A stretch of DNA of 41,598 nucleotides from a virus. The notes below the pieces were generated by a model. That model was not told the DNA's origin and searched no databases. It was given only the letters and a program-made list of their open reading frames with translations. The DNA is taken from the UHGV virus genome UHGV-0209794; one strand, written 5' to 3'. The position numbers and the translations under genes were made by a program. This document shows, piece by piece, positions 17,931 to 27,254 of the stretch (its first letter is position 1; each line of letters opens with the position of its first letter).

Positions 17931-19418
17931 ATGTCTATCAAACAAACTCGCTATGTTGATATCGCGAGTGCGGTGATTGGCGCGTCTGCTGTACCGATGC
18001 GTAAGCTCACGGCTCGTGTTTTTTCAACAAACCCTAAAATTCCTGCTGGTAAAGTGCTTGAGTTTGCCAGTGGCCAAGTGGATGACTTATTAGGTACTGA
18101 CTCCCCCGAGGCGCATTTTGCGCGTCAGTATTTCAGCTATGTCAGTCCAGCACCGGCAAGTAAGCCGAAAGAACTGCAAATTGCCTCTTATGAGCCTGTT
18201 GGTCGAGCGCCTACCTTGTTTGGCGAAAAGACAGGCGATTTAGCTGATTTAAAACTGATTAATGAGGGGGAACTCAATATCACTATCGGCAAGGTGACCA
18301 AAACAATCACTGGAATTGATCTCTCTGAAAGTACGTCATACGCGGATGTTGCAACAGCTGTACAAGCGAAATTAAATGCAGAAAGCGAGCCTCAATTTGC
18401 TAGCGCTTATGTCACATTTAATTCGCTAGATAGTGCCTTTGTCATTAGCGGTGGTGTACAAGAGCGTGCAGATATTAGTGTGCGTCAATCGGTACTTGCT
18501 GATGCAATGAATATTAGCCACGGTACATCATCAGCCGGTAATCCAGCGCAAACTCCGTTACAAGCCTTTATTGCTTCTGAGGCTGTTTCTGACTCTTTTG
18601 GTAGTGCAACGTTTTTAACGGAACTCTCATTAGAGCATGCCGTAGAGCTGGCGCAGTACGTGGCAGGCGAAAACGTGAAGTATCAATTGCACTTGTCTGT
18701 GACCAATCAAAATGCAGAAGATTTTAGCGGGGCGTTGGTGGGTACAGCTTCAACGGGCTTAAACCTAAAAACAGCAGATAACTTCTTTGTTCAAGCGTTA
18801 CCTATGGCCATTATGTCCGCCACGGATTATGACCGCACCAATGCGACAACAAACTATATGTATCGTCAATTTGGTGTCACGTTCCCATCGCAAATCACGA
18901 CCGATATCGATGCGGATCGCTTAGATAAACTACGGGTGAACTATTACGGAGAAACGGCGGTATCGGGTTCACATATCAGTTTCTATCAACGTGGCTTCTT
19001 ATGTGGTGGGGTTGCTAACCCATTAGATATGAGTGTCCATGCTAATGAGCAATGGTTAAAAGCCTACATCGCGCAACAGTGGTTTAGTTTACTTATGGCC
19101 ACACGCGGAGTACCCGCCAATAAAGACGGTGAAGCACGGGCGATGATGGTGATTGCAGGGGCGGTGACTAAGGCGATTAATAACGGCACGATCCTAGCGG
19201 GAAAAACCTTAACCGATGTGCAAAAAATTGCAGTGACAGACGCTTCTGGTGATGATTTAGCGTGGCACGATGTACAAAACAAAGGCTATTGGTACAACGC
19301 TCAGATTGTCGAAAACACAGGTCCCTCTGATTTACCCGAGTACGTGATGAAATACGTATTGATTTACGGTAAGGGCGACTGGGTTCGTAAAGTCGAAGGC
19401 TCTCACAACTTAGTGTAA
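17931..19418 (+). CDS. tail sheath protein (DUF3383-like)
   Basis: 495 aa, followed by a 150-aa tube-like gene, a frameshifted chaperone and the tape measure: the contractile-tail order. Confidence 0.6.
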   Translation: MSIKQTRYVDIASAVIGASAVPMRKLTARVFSTNPKIPAGKVLEFASGQVDDLLGTDSPEAHFARQYFSYVSPAPASKPKELQIASYEPVGRAPTLFGEKTGDLADLKLINEGELNITIGKVTKTITGIDLSESTSYADVATAVQAKLNAESEPQFASAYVTFNSLDSAFVISGGVQERADISVRQSVLADAMNISHGTSSAGNPAQTPLQAFIASEAVSDSFGSATFLTELSLEHAVELAQYVAGENVKYQLHLSVTNQNAEDFSGALVGTASTGLNLKTADNFFVQALPMAIMSATDYDRTNATTNYMYRQFGVTFPSQITTDIDADRLDKLRVNYYGETAVSGSHISFYQRGFLCGGVANPLDMSVHANEQWLKAYIAQQWFSLLMATRGVPANKDGEARAMMVIAGAVTKAINNGTILAGKTLTDVQKIAVTDASGDDLAWHDVQNKGYWYNAQIVENTGPSDLPEYVMKYVLIYGKGDWVRKVEGSHNLV

Positions 19419-19428
19419 GGAACACAAT

Positions 19429-19881
19429 ATGCATGATGTATCAGCAACTGGCTTGAGTATTGTTATTCAAGCTCATAAAACTTTTCCTGCCGGTATTCAA
19501 ATTACCGCCTTCGCTGATGATGCCGATCCATTGGATTTACCTGCGGTCGATATTGCACAAACAGGAATGGATATCAACGGCAATCTTGTCAGTTGGTCAA
19601 CGCCAACACCTCAAACGGTCACCATTAACGTATTAGCCGGTAGTGAAGAAGACGAAAACCTCGCTATCTTGCTTGACTCCAATACCGCTCGTCGCGGACA
19701 ACGGCATGCAGGGGATGTTATCACCATGGTTGCCTCATATGGCGATGGTTCAACAACCACTGCACGTAACGGGAAAATTACCAATGGTAGTCGCGGTAGC
19801 TCTGTTGCCAGTGCAGGACGACACAAATCCAAAGCGTATACCTTCGTATTTCAAGACTTCGATCGCACTCGCGCACGTTAA
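19429..19881 (+). CDS. tail tube protein
   Basis: 150 aa between sheath and chaperone; a terminator follows. Confidence 0.55.
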   Translation: MHDVSATGLSIVIQAHKTFPAGIQITAFADDADPLDLPAVDIAQTGMDINGNLVSWSTPTPQTVTINVLAGSEEDENLAILLDSNTARRGQRHAGDVITMVASYGDGSTTTARNGKITNGSRGSSVASAGRHKSKAYTFVFQDFDRTRAR

Positions 19882-19885
19882 TTCT

Positions 19886-19908
19886 AGGCGGTTATTCCGC
19901 CTTTTTTT
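19886..19908 (+). terminator. rho-independent terminator after tube gene
   Basis: AGGCGG-ttatt-CCGCCT hairpin followed by TTTTTTTAT. Confidence 0.55.
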
Positions 19909-19921
19909 ATGGATATTAATC

Positions 19922-20380
19922 ATGTTAATTAAACCGAAAGAAATTACGATCACCGATGCTGATCGTGAAGAGCACACCTTTATCATTAGCCGATTACCGG
20001 CAACGATTGGACGTGAAATTCTGGCGAAATACCCTTTATCCAATGCACCTAAAATTGGCGACTATGAAGTCAGCAAAGAAGCCATGTTAAAGATGATGGC
20101 GTATGTTGCAGTGGAAAAAGAGGGGCAAGAGATTTATCTGAAGACCAGCACCTTAATTGATAACCATGTGCCCGATGGTGAAGCCCTTATTCGTCTAGAA
20201 CTGGAAATGTTGAAGTATAACACCAGTTTTTTCGGCAAAGACGGGAGCCAAGGTTTCCTCCAATTCCTGCTCAACAAAATCACCGGTTCACTCCCGTCGA
20301 TTATAAAAACGCTGATGGCTTCTTTGCCGTCATCATCTCAGCCGGTTTCGCCACGCTCACCGAACTCAAAACGTCAATAG
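19922..20380 (+). CDS. tail assembly chaperone (G-like, in-frame product)
   Basis: Start at ATG 19922, after the terminator. The longer ORF-track start at 19643 overlaps the tube gene and is rejected. Lies directly upstream of the tape measure. Confidence 0.55.
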   Translation: MLIKPKEITITDADREEHTFIISRLPATIGREILAKYPLSNAPKIGDYEVSKEAMLKMMAYVAVEKEGQEIYLKTSTLIDNHVPDGEALIRLELEMLKYNTSFFGKDGSQGFLQFLLNKITGSLPSIIKTLMASLPSSSQPVSPRSPNSKRQ

Positions 20381-20460
20381 ATTTAGAAGAGGCGTTTGAT
20401 TTATGGGAAATCGCCATTACCAATCGTTATAACGAAGCGCTGGCTTCATCGAAAGGATAG
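19922..20460 (+). CDS. tail assembly chaperone -1 frameshift fusion product (GT-like)
   Basis: Canonical slippery heptamer T_TTT_TTC at 20227-20233 in the zero frame. The -1 frame stays open from there to TAG 20458-20460 and codes protein-like sequence (...TELKTSIDLEEAFDLWEIAITNRYNEALASSKG). Confidence 0.5.
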
Positions 20461-20463
20461 CTT

Positions 20464-22758
20464 ATGGCTTTGCTAGATACCTTTGTTCAAGTATTCGAAT
20501 TTGATACTCGCCAAGCCGATGATGCGTTTAATCGGGTGAGTAAATCGACCGATGACATTATCGCTGAGATGAAAAAGGCGCAACAATCGGCAACGATGGG
20601 CGCTGATGGGTTTACGCAATTTATTCAAAATCTATCCGCACAATTGACAGAGTTATCATCAAACTCAGTCGATATTCATGTTAATAGTGACACATCCGGA
20701 ATTGCTGACAGCTTGATTGCGGAGATAGATCGCATTAAAGAAAGTGCGACGGACAATTCGCAATCGGTGAATGACTTTATTCAAAGTGTGATTGCCAGTA
20801 TTGAACAGTTATCAGCAGGGGAGGTGATAAATATTGAGGTTGAAGCAGGTGATACACAAGAAAAAATAGCCTCAGTCACCGCTAAAATTGATGAATTAAA
20901 GTCATCAATGAACTTGCTTGATATCCAACGTAACGAACTGTCACAAGGCGTAAATGAAAGCCGTGTTTCATCTGAAACGCTCAATGCCCAATATCAACAG
21001 ATGCAAGATGAGTTATCCCTTCTCAATAATGAATTGGTGTCGCTCACTGATGCAGAGAAAAAGAACCGTGAAGGTAAAGAGGCCATTGATGCCATTGTTA
21101 CCGCATTAAATGCCGATTATACGCAATTTATTGAAACGATGCGGACAAAAGGTATAAAGACAGCGATTGACGAAGCTAAGGCCCAAGAGCATCTACAAAA
21201 AGAACTTTCAGAAACCGGCTCTAAATATCAAGAGGCCGGAAGTTCTGTTGCAGGATTTGCGAAAAAAGCACTTGGCGCTGTCGGTATTGTGATGAGTATT
21301 GGTACTATTTTTGCTGAATCTGTTTCTCGTTCTCAAGAAATTGAAACGCTGGACAAGCTGGGTAAACAAATCGGCGTTGCGACTGCAGACGTTGATGCGT
21401 TTTCTGGTGCGATCGCTGAGTTAGGTGGTTCTAGAGAGTCTGCACAAGCCGATTTATCCGCAATGGCGAAATCGTTCGGTAATACGAAAGACTCAATGGA
21501 AAAGGTACTTCAAACCGCGGATAAAGTTCAAGGCATGAGCTTTGATAAAGCAAAGAAAACACTGGAAGGCATGGGGGTATCGGACGAAAAAACCATTGAA
21601 TTAATGATGAAAGGGCGCAAAGAATTAGAGCGCACAATGGGTATTCAAAAAGAGTATTCAGGCATTAGCAAGGAGAGTATTGAAAGCTCAATTAAATTTA
21701 ATAGTGCTATGGCAAAATTTCAACAATCATCAGGGTTGTTGAAGAATAGTTTTTTAGAAATGGTGATCCCCGCTTTATCTAAAGGATTAGAGTGGTTAAC
21801 AAAATTAGTCACTTTTTGTAAGGGAAACAAGCACCTTGTAGTCGGTTTCTTTACTGCTGTTGCAACTATTTTGCTGGGGAAATATATCTATGCTATGAAG
21901 TTGGCCAGTATTAGCACATGGACTACGCTTTTTCCTATTATTGCCATTATCGCTGTTATTGCCCTATTAGCGGCAGCTTTTGCAATTGTTTATGACGATA
22001 TCATGAACTTTATCGACGGCAACGATTCAATGATAGGTCGTATTCTTGAAAAATACCCGCGATTAAAAGTCGTTATTCTTGCATTGTGGGAAACATTCAA
22101 AAAGCTCTTTGAATATCTAAAAGCTATCGTTGGTGTTGTGGCAGATATTGTTGTTGCCGGTTGGGATCTAATGGCATCAGGCTTAAAAGCTTATGTTACG
22201 TATTTGCTGAGTTGTATTTCAGTCATTGCAGGTTGGGGTAAATCCTTTGCAGGTGTATTTAATACAGTCAGTGATGCCGTTGTGAGTGCGTTTGAATGGA
22301 TGTGGGAGCAAGTCGAAAAAATTATTGGTTGGGTAAATACAGGACTTAATGCGGTTAAAAATGGTTGGAAATCTGCCAAAGAGTTTTTCGGGTTCGGTGA
22401 CGATGAAGAAATCACTGTCAATCAAAACGTAGAGCGTAACGTCAATGATAATGGTGAGATTGAATATGCTATGCCTCAAGAAGAAAGCCAAACGGAAAAC
22501 CAACCACCGGTTAGACACTCTATTGCTCAAGCCAATGCACAGTTAGATGCGATTGCCAATAATGCAATGAATCCTATTACCAGCCAAGCTATTAGCAATC
22601 AATCCAATGTGAAGAATGAAAGTAACGTAAGTATTGGAGAAATTAAGGTTGAAACTCAAGCCACAGATGCGCAGGGTATGGCATCGGGCGTAAAAGATGC
22701 ATTGCAAGATCAACTCGCCGATTTCAATCAGCAAAACTCAACGGGGGTAGCAAAATGA
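20464..22758 (+). CDS. tail tape measure protein
   Basis: 764 aa with an N-terminal coiled-coil region and central hydrophobic segments. Position after the chaperone. Confidence 0.75.
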   Translation: MALLDTFVQVFEFDTRQADDAFNRVSKSTDDIIAEMKKAQQSATMGADGFTQFIQNLSAQLTELSSNSVDIHVNSDTSGIADSLIAEIDRIKESATDNSQSVNDFIQSVIASIEQLSAGEVINIEVEAGDTQEKIASVTAKIDELKSSMNLLDIQRNELSQGVNESRVSSETLNAQYQQMQDELSLLNNELVSLTDAEKKNREGKEAIDAIVTALNADYTQFIETMRTKGIKTAIDEAKAQEHLQKELSETGSKYQEAGSSVAGFAKKALGAVGIVMSIGTIFAESVSRSQEIETLDKLGKQIGVATADVDAFSGAIAELGGSRESAQADLSAMAKSFGNTKDSMEKVLQTADKVQGMSFDKAKKTLEGMGVSDEKTIELMMKGRKELERTMGIQKEYSGISKESIESSIKFNSAMAKFQQSSGLLKNSFLEMVIPALSKGLEWLTKLVTFCKGNKHLVVGFFTAVATILLGKYIYAMKLASISTWTTLFPIIAIIAVIALLAAAFAIVYDDIMNFIDGNDSMIGRILEKYPRLKVVILALWETFKKLFEYLKAIVGVVADIVVAGWDLMASGLKAYVTYLLSCISVIAGWGKSFAGVFNTVSDAVVSAFEWMWEQVEKIIGWVNTGLNAVKNGWKSAKEFFGFGDDEEITVNQNVERNVNDNGEIEYAMPQEESQTENQPPVRHSIAQANAQLDAIANNAMNPITSQAISNQSNVKNESNVSIGEIKVETQATDAQGMASGVKDALQDQLADFNQQNSTGVAK

Positions 22759-23282
22759 TCACAGAGGTCAAAATTTTTGATTTAGCGTCGTTTTCTACAC
22801 TGTTTGATAGCGTGAGTCCGATTCAAATCAATGTAAGAGATGAGCATAAGGCAACACAATTTCAAGTTGAAAGTGGTGAAACTCGTAGTGATCATGTGAT
22901 CATTAACCCCGTTGAGATTGGTATAGATTTGCTATTAACGGGAGAGATGAAAAACATCTTCTCATCGATGCAACAAGCTTTTGACGAACACAAACTTGTT
23001 GGTATTCAAACCCGAGTAAAAACCTATCAACCAATGTTATTAACGGGTTTTAATCATGATGAAATACCCGACATGATAGATGCGATAAAACTGTCGCTAC
23101 GGTTTGTTGAGTGGCGCACCGTTGAGCCTGAATACGGAGATTTACCGCCTCGAGCCACTCAAAAGCCAACGCAGTCATCAACGGTAAATAGGGGAAATGT
23201 GCAAACAAAAGACGCCGATACTGAGACTAAGAAAAAAGGTTCGGTCGCAACACGTATCGCAGATGGGGATTGGAGCTTCTAA
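22755..23282 (+). CDS. putative distal tail/baseplate protein
   Basis: 175-aa ORF coupled to the tape measure. Confidence 0.3.
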   Translation: MITEVKIFDLASFSTLFDSVSPIQINVRDEHKATQFQVESGETRSDHVIINPVEIGIDLLLTGEMKNIFSSMQQAFDEHKLVGIQTRVKTYQPMLLTGFNHDEIPDMIDAIKLSLRFVEWRTVEPEYGDLPPRATQKPTQSSTVNRGNVQTKDADTETKKKGSVATRIADGDWSF

Positions 23283-23599
23283 TGAAAGTCATACCCTTAA
23301 AAGCTATTCCAAACCAACGCTTATCCGTCAATTTGGAAGGTGTTAATTGGACGCTGACAATAAAAGCCGGTCGCCATGCGATGTATCTCGATATTGAACG
23401 AGAAAGTGAGGTTATCGCCGTAGGCATGCGTGCGGTGGCAAATACACCCATTATTCCTTATCGCTACCTGACTGATGGTACAAATTTAGCGTTTATAACA
23501 GAAAATGATGATCTGCCCTGGTATGAATCATTTGATAGAACCCAATCATTAATTATTTGGAGTGATGATGGACTTACGACGAATACGGGTGGGGATTGA
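23270..23599 (+). CDS. hypothetical baseplate-module protein
   Basis: 109-aa ORF. Confidence 0.3.
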   Translation: MELLMKVIPLKAIPNQRLSVNLEGVNWTLTIKAGRHAMYLDIERESEVIAVGMRAVANTPIIPYRYLTDGTNLAFITENDDLPWYESFDRTQSLIIWSDDGLTTNTGGD

Positions 23600-24380
23600 A
23601 GTTGCAGGACGATTGCAATGGTATGAAGGATTGCGTATTAAAGCCAACGGTACCAAGTACGCAAACCCTTTACAAAATGAATGCACAGTTAGCATTGATG
23701 GATTGAACTCCCACACTCGAGATTATCTGCTCACTGAAACCAGCCCTTATCATAAAAGCAAACAAACTCGCCGTCTTTACCTTGAAGTAGGACGAGTCAA
23801 TACCGGATTATTTCGTATCTTTACCGGTGATATTGTCAGTGCAGAAATTGCCTCGCCTCCTGATGTTACGTTAACCATTAAAGCCAAAACTAATAATGCC
23901 AGTTCAGGTAATATTGTTTCTTCCAGTGGTGGTGCCATGCAGAAAATGAGCGAGATCGCATCATCGGTGGCGAAGGATTGCAAGGTTAGATTGGACTTTC
24001 AAGCCACCGATAAGAATATTGCCAATTGGTATTTTTGCGGTTCAGCGTTACAGCAAGTACAACGACTGCAGGAAGCGGGAAATGTTAAAGCCTTTATTGA
24101 TGATGATACTTTGTTTGTCAAAGATGATAACCAAGCCTTAAAAGGTCGTCTGCGCATTCTTAGCATGAAATCAGGCATGGTGGGTATACCGAAAGCCACC
24201 GAAAAAGGGTTGTCCGTTACCTACTTAATTGATGGCGCCTCAGAACTAGGAGGGATGCTAAGACTCGAGAGTAAATTTAATTCCGCACTTAATGGTGACT
24301 ATATTATTGAACAACTGAAATTCGATGTTGCTTCACATGATGATCCTTTCTTTTATCAGGCTACCTGTAAACGAGCATAA
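23562..24380 (+). CDS. putative baseplate hub protein
   Basis: 272 aa; position upstream of the spike gene. Confidence 0.3.
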   Translation: MMMDLRRIRVGIEVAGRLQWYEGLRIKANGTKYANPLQNECTVSIDGLNSHTRDYLLTETSPYHKSKQTRRLYLEVGRVNTGLFRIFTGDIVSAEIASPPDVTLTIKAKTNNASSGNIVSSSGGAMQKMSEIASSVAKDCKVRLDFQATDKNIANWYFCGSALQQVQRLQEAGNVKAFIDDDTLFVKDDNQALKGRLRILSMKSGMVGIPKATEKGLSVTYLIDGASELGGMLRLESKFNSALNGDYIIEQLKFDVASHDDPFFYQATCKRA

Positions 24381-24382
24381 CC

Positions 24383-25075
24383 ATGAATAAACCCAATACT
24401 GATATTGCCAGTGATGGTTCGCTGGCAGGTGCGCTATCGTCTGCATTTCGTAATCTGATGATGAATACAGAAGATATGCTTCCTGCAACTGTGGTGAGTT
24501 ATGACGATAAAACCAATCGTGCTGTTATCAAACCACTGGTGATGATGGTAACAACGGAAGGGGGAACAGTCGGGCGAGCACCGTTGGCCAACATTCCTGT
24601 TTTTAGATTTGGGGGAGGCGGTTTCTTTATTCGCGCACCGATTAAGCCCGGTGATTTTGGCTGGATAAAAGCCAATGACAGAGATATTAGCCTGATATTC
24701 CAGCGTGGAGGATTGGAGGATCAACCTAATACCGCACGCCTCCATTCATTCAGTGATGCGATGTTTTTTCCTGACACCATCAAAGGTTGGGTCATTGATG
24801 GAAAAAACATTGATGCTTTGGTGATCCAATCAATGGATGGCTCAGTCTGTTTCTCGCTACATAGCGATAAAGTGGTGCTAGAAACCCCTAAGTATGAAAT
24901 CAACGCCCCTGAAACCATATTTACTGGCAATGTCACGGTAAATGGTAATTACGCGGTAAATGGTAATAGTGACTCTAACGGTGGCACGATGAAACACAAT
25001 GGAAAAGATATCGGTTCTACGCATCAACACAGTGGTGTTGAAACCGGTCATGGAAATACAGGAGCGCCTCTATGA
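24383..25075 (+). CDS. baseplate central spike (gpV/gp5 OB-fold-like, Gp138 N-terminal-like)
   Basis: 230 aa; N-terminus LPATVVSYDDKTNRAVIKPLV and a Gly/Asn-rich C-terminus (NGNYAVNGNSDSNGG) typical of spike tips. Confidence 0.45.
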   Translation: MNKPNTDIASDGSLAGALSSAFRNLMMNTEDMLPATVVSYDDKTNRAVIKPLVMMVTTEGGTVGRAPLANIPVFRFGGGGFFIRAPIKPGDFGWIKANDRDISLIFQRGGLEDQPNTARLHSFSDAMFFPDTIKGWVIDGKNIDALVIQSMDGSVCFSLHSDKVVLETPKYEINAPETIFTGNVTVNGNYAVNGNSDSNGGTMKHNGKDIGSTHQHSGVETGHGNTGAPL

Positions 25076-25416
25076 GAACATTTTCAATCGATAAAAATAA
25101 TGATCTCTTTATCGGCCCTGATGGAAACCTTCAGTTCAGCGAAAAAGACGATGCGGTTAAAAAACTTTGTCAGCATTTTGCTAAAGCGGTTCGTGGTGAA
25201 ATGTTGCATAAAAAAGATAAAGGTATTCCATTCTGGCCAACAATATTTGGTCGCCAAGCTGATATCCCGATGTTTGAAACAGCATTTAGACAACGTATGA
25301 GTGAAATTGAAGAGGTGGTTGAAGTGACGCATTTTAGCGCCACAGTGGAAAACGGCGAATTGAAGTATCAAGCAACCATTCGCACGATATACGGAGGGTT
25401 TACACTGAATGGCTGA
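25072..25416 (+). CDS. baseplate wedge protein (gpW/gp25-like)
   Basis: 114 aa immediately upstream of the baseplate-J-like gene. Confidence 0.45.
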   Translation: MRTFSIDKNNDLFIGPDGNLQFSEKDDAVKKLCQHFAKAVRGEMLHKKDKGIPFWPTIFGRQADIPMFETAFRQRMSEIEEVVEVTHFSATVENGELKYQATIRTIYGGFTLNG

Positions 25417-26596
25417 TTATCGTTATATCAATAATAAAGGCATTATTCTTCCCGACACGGCCACAATACGTGATGAAGTCGAAAGCGAGTTTCGTGCGGT
25501 GTTTGGTCAATCGATTAACCTTGCCCCTGAAACACCACAAGGGGCATTAGCGACGATGGAAGTTGAAAACCGTGATGCAATGGTGAGAAACAATGCCGAG
25601 TTAGCAAATCAAATCAATCCCGATATTGCGGGTGGTGTTTTTCTTGATGCAATATGGGCGCTAATGGGTGGTCAACGCATTAATGCCACTCACTCTTATC
25701 TTTCCAGTGTTGAATTTAGTGGCGTACCCGGCACCATTATTCCTAAAGGCTCATTAGCGTCTAGTGTTGCTGGTGCCATGTTCGAAACAGTTTCACCCTT
25801 GATTATTGATAATACTGGCAAAGTAACAGGGGATATGAGGGCGGTTGAATATGGTCCTGTTGAATGCGGTGCTGGCCAACTTAATTCGGTGGCTAGCTCA
25901 GTATTAGGTTGGGAGAAAGTCAATAATCCCACTCATGCGGTTGTTGGCCGTTATGCTGAATCTGATATCAAAGCAAGGCGACGACGTAAGCAAACTCTGG
26001 CTAAAAATACCGTCAGTGTTGCAGAAGCGATCACCTCTTCACTGTATGAATTAGAGGGCGTTAATTCACTGTCTTTTCGAGAGAACTACACCGATGCGGT
26101 GCTCACTATTGATGGAATTTCTCTATTGCCTCACAGCATTTACGTTTGTGTTGAAGGGGGCGATAGTAACGAAATTGCTAAATCATTGCTGAGAACCAAA
26201 ACCATTGGTTCGGCGTTTAATGGCGAGATTGAAATCGGTGTTGTAGAGCCAGTGAGTGGACAAGAATATAAAGTGAAATTTTCACGCCCTAAAGAGATCA
26301 CCGTTTTTTGTCGAGTGACAGTTAAAAAATCAGCCGTTGATGCGCAAACTATTATCCCCAGTGCCATAGAACAATGGACGCGCGGAGAGTTGGACGGCGA
26401 TAACGGTTTGATTGTTGGGCGTGAAGTATCACCTTTTGAGATAGCCTCTGCAGTGAATACTGTTGAGCCTCGTCTGTTCGTGACTAAAGTTGAATTGTCA
26501 CTGGATGGGAAAGTGTGGAATGTTGCATTAATTCCGATTGCCATTAATCAAATCGCACGCTTGCAACGGGGTGCTGTGCAAGTGGTGATTGTATGA
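25409..26596 (+). CDS. baseplate J-like protein
   Basis: 395 aa; position and size fit the gpJ/gp6 family. Confidence 0.5.
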   Translation: MADYRYINNKGIILPDTATIRDEVESEFRAVFGQSINLAPETPQGALATMEVENRDAMVRNNAELANQINPDIAGGVFLDAIWALMGGQRINATHSYLSSVEFSGVPGTIIPKGSLASSVAGAMFETVSPLIIDNTGKVTGDMRAVEYGPVECGAGQLNSVASSVLGWEKVNNPTHAVVGRYAESDIKARRRRKQTLAKNTVSVAEAITSSLYELEGVNSLSFRENYTDAVLTIDGISLLPHSIYVCVEGGDSNEIAKSLLRTKTIGSAFNGEIEIGVVEPVSGQEYKVKFSRPKEITVFCRVTVKKSAVDAQTIIPSAIEQWTRGELDGDNGLIVGREVSPFEIASAVNTVEPRLFVTKVELSLDGKVWNVALIPIAINQIARLQRGAVQVVIV

Positions 26597-27249
26597 ACGT
26601 TCAACAATTTGAGTTCCATTCAGACCTATTAAAAGCGATCCTCTGGCAGTATGAAGATGCAGAGAATTTAAAGAAACTCGCCAGTTTTAAAGCCTCTCAT
26701 TTTGAAAAGTCGATGGTGTCATTTTGGCAAAACTGGTACCGAGATGTGTTTAATATCGATACGGCGAATGACTTTGGGTTGTCGATTTGGTCACGCATTC
26801 TGGATGTACCCTTAGGTATTGATATTCCACCGAGCGATAAAAATAAAGTCGGGTTTGGTTTTGGCAAAAAGAAAGCCAATTTTAAATCTAACTTCCGACG
26901 TAATGCGGATTACACCTTGTCACTGACCGTTGATCAAAAACGCATGTTAGTACGAATGCGCTATTTTAATCTGACACAAAGTCCTACGGTCACCAATATT
27001 AATGAGTTTTTAAAACGTTTCTTTTGGCGTGATGACAGTAAAGTCTTTGTCCTTGATCCATTGGATATGACTTACATGTATTACGTCTTTAACTTCAACC
27101 CTGACGAACGTCTACGGGTTCTTCTCGAAAATTTCGACTTAATGCCACGTCCTTCTGGTGTCGGCGTCAAATATCGCATTGTGACCAAAAAAGCCTTTGG
27201 CGTTGGTCAACATCGTAAAAACTTCTTAGGCAGTAACTTCGGAGCATAA
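26593..27249 (+). CDS. baseplate wedge/tail protein I-like (DUF2612-like)
   Basis: 218 aa between the J-like and fibre genes. Confidence 0.4.
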   Translation: MNVQQFEFHSDLLKAILWQYEDAENLKKLASFKASHFEKSMVSFWQNWYRDVFNIDTANDFGLSIWSRILDVPLGIDIPPSDKNKVGFGFGKKKANFKSNFRRNADYTLSLTVDQKRMLVRMRYFNLTQSPTVTNINEFLKRFFWRDDSKVFVLDPLDMTYMYYVFNFNPDERLRVLLENFDLMPRPSGVGVKYRIVTKKAFGVGQHRKNFLGSNFGA

Positions 27250-27254
27250 TTCCT

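Noticed and set aside
19643-19921. Upstream extension of the tail chaperone ORF to 19643
   Set aside because: It overlaps the tube gene and spans its terminator. ATG 19922 after the terminator is the plausible start.
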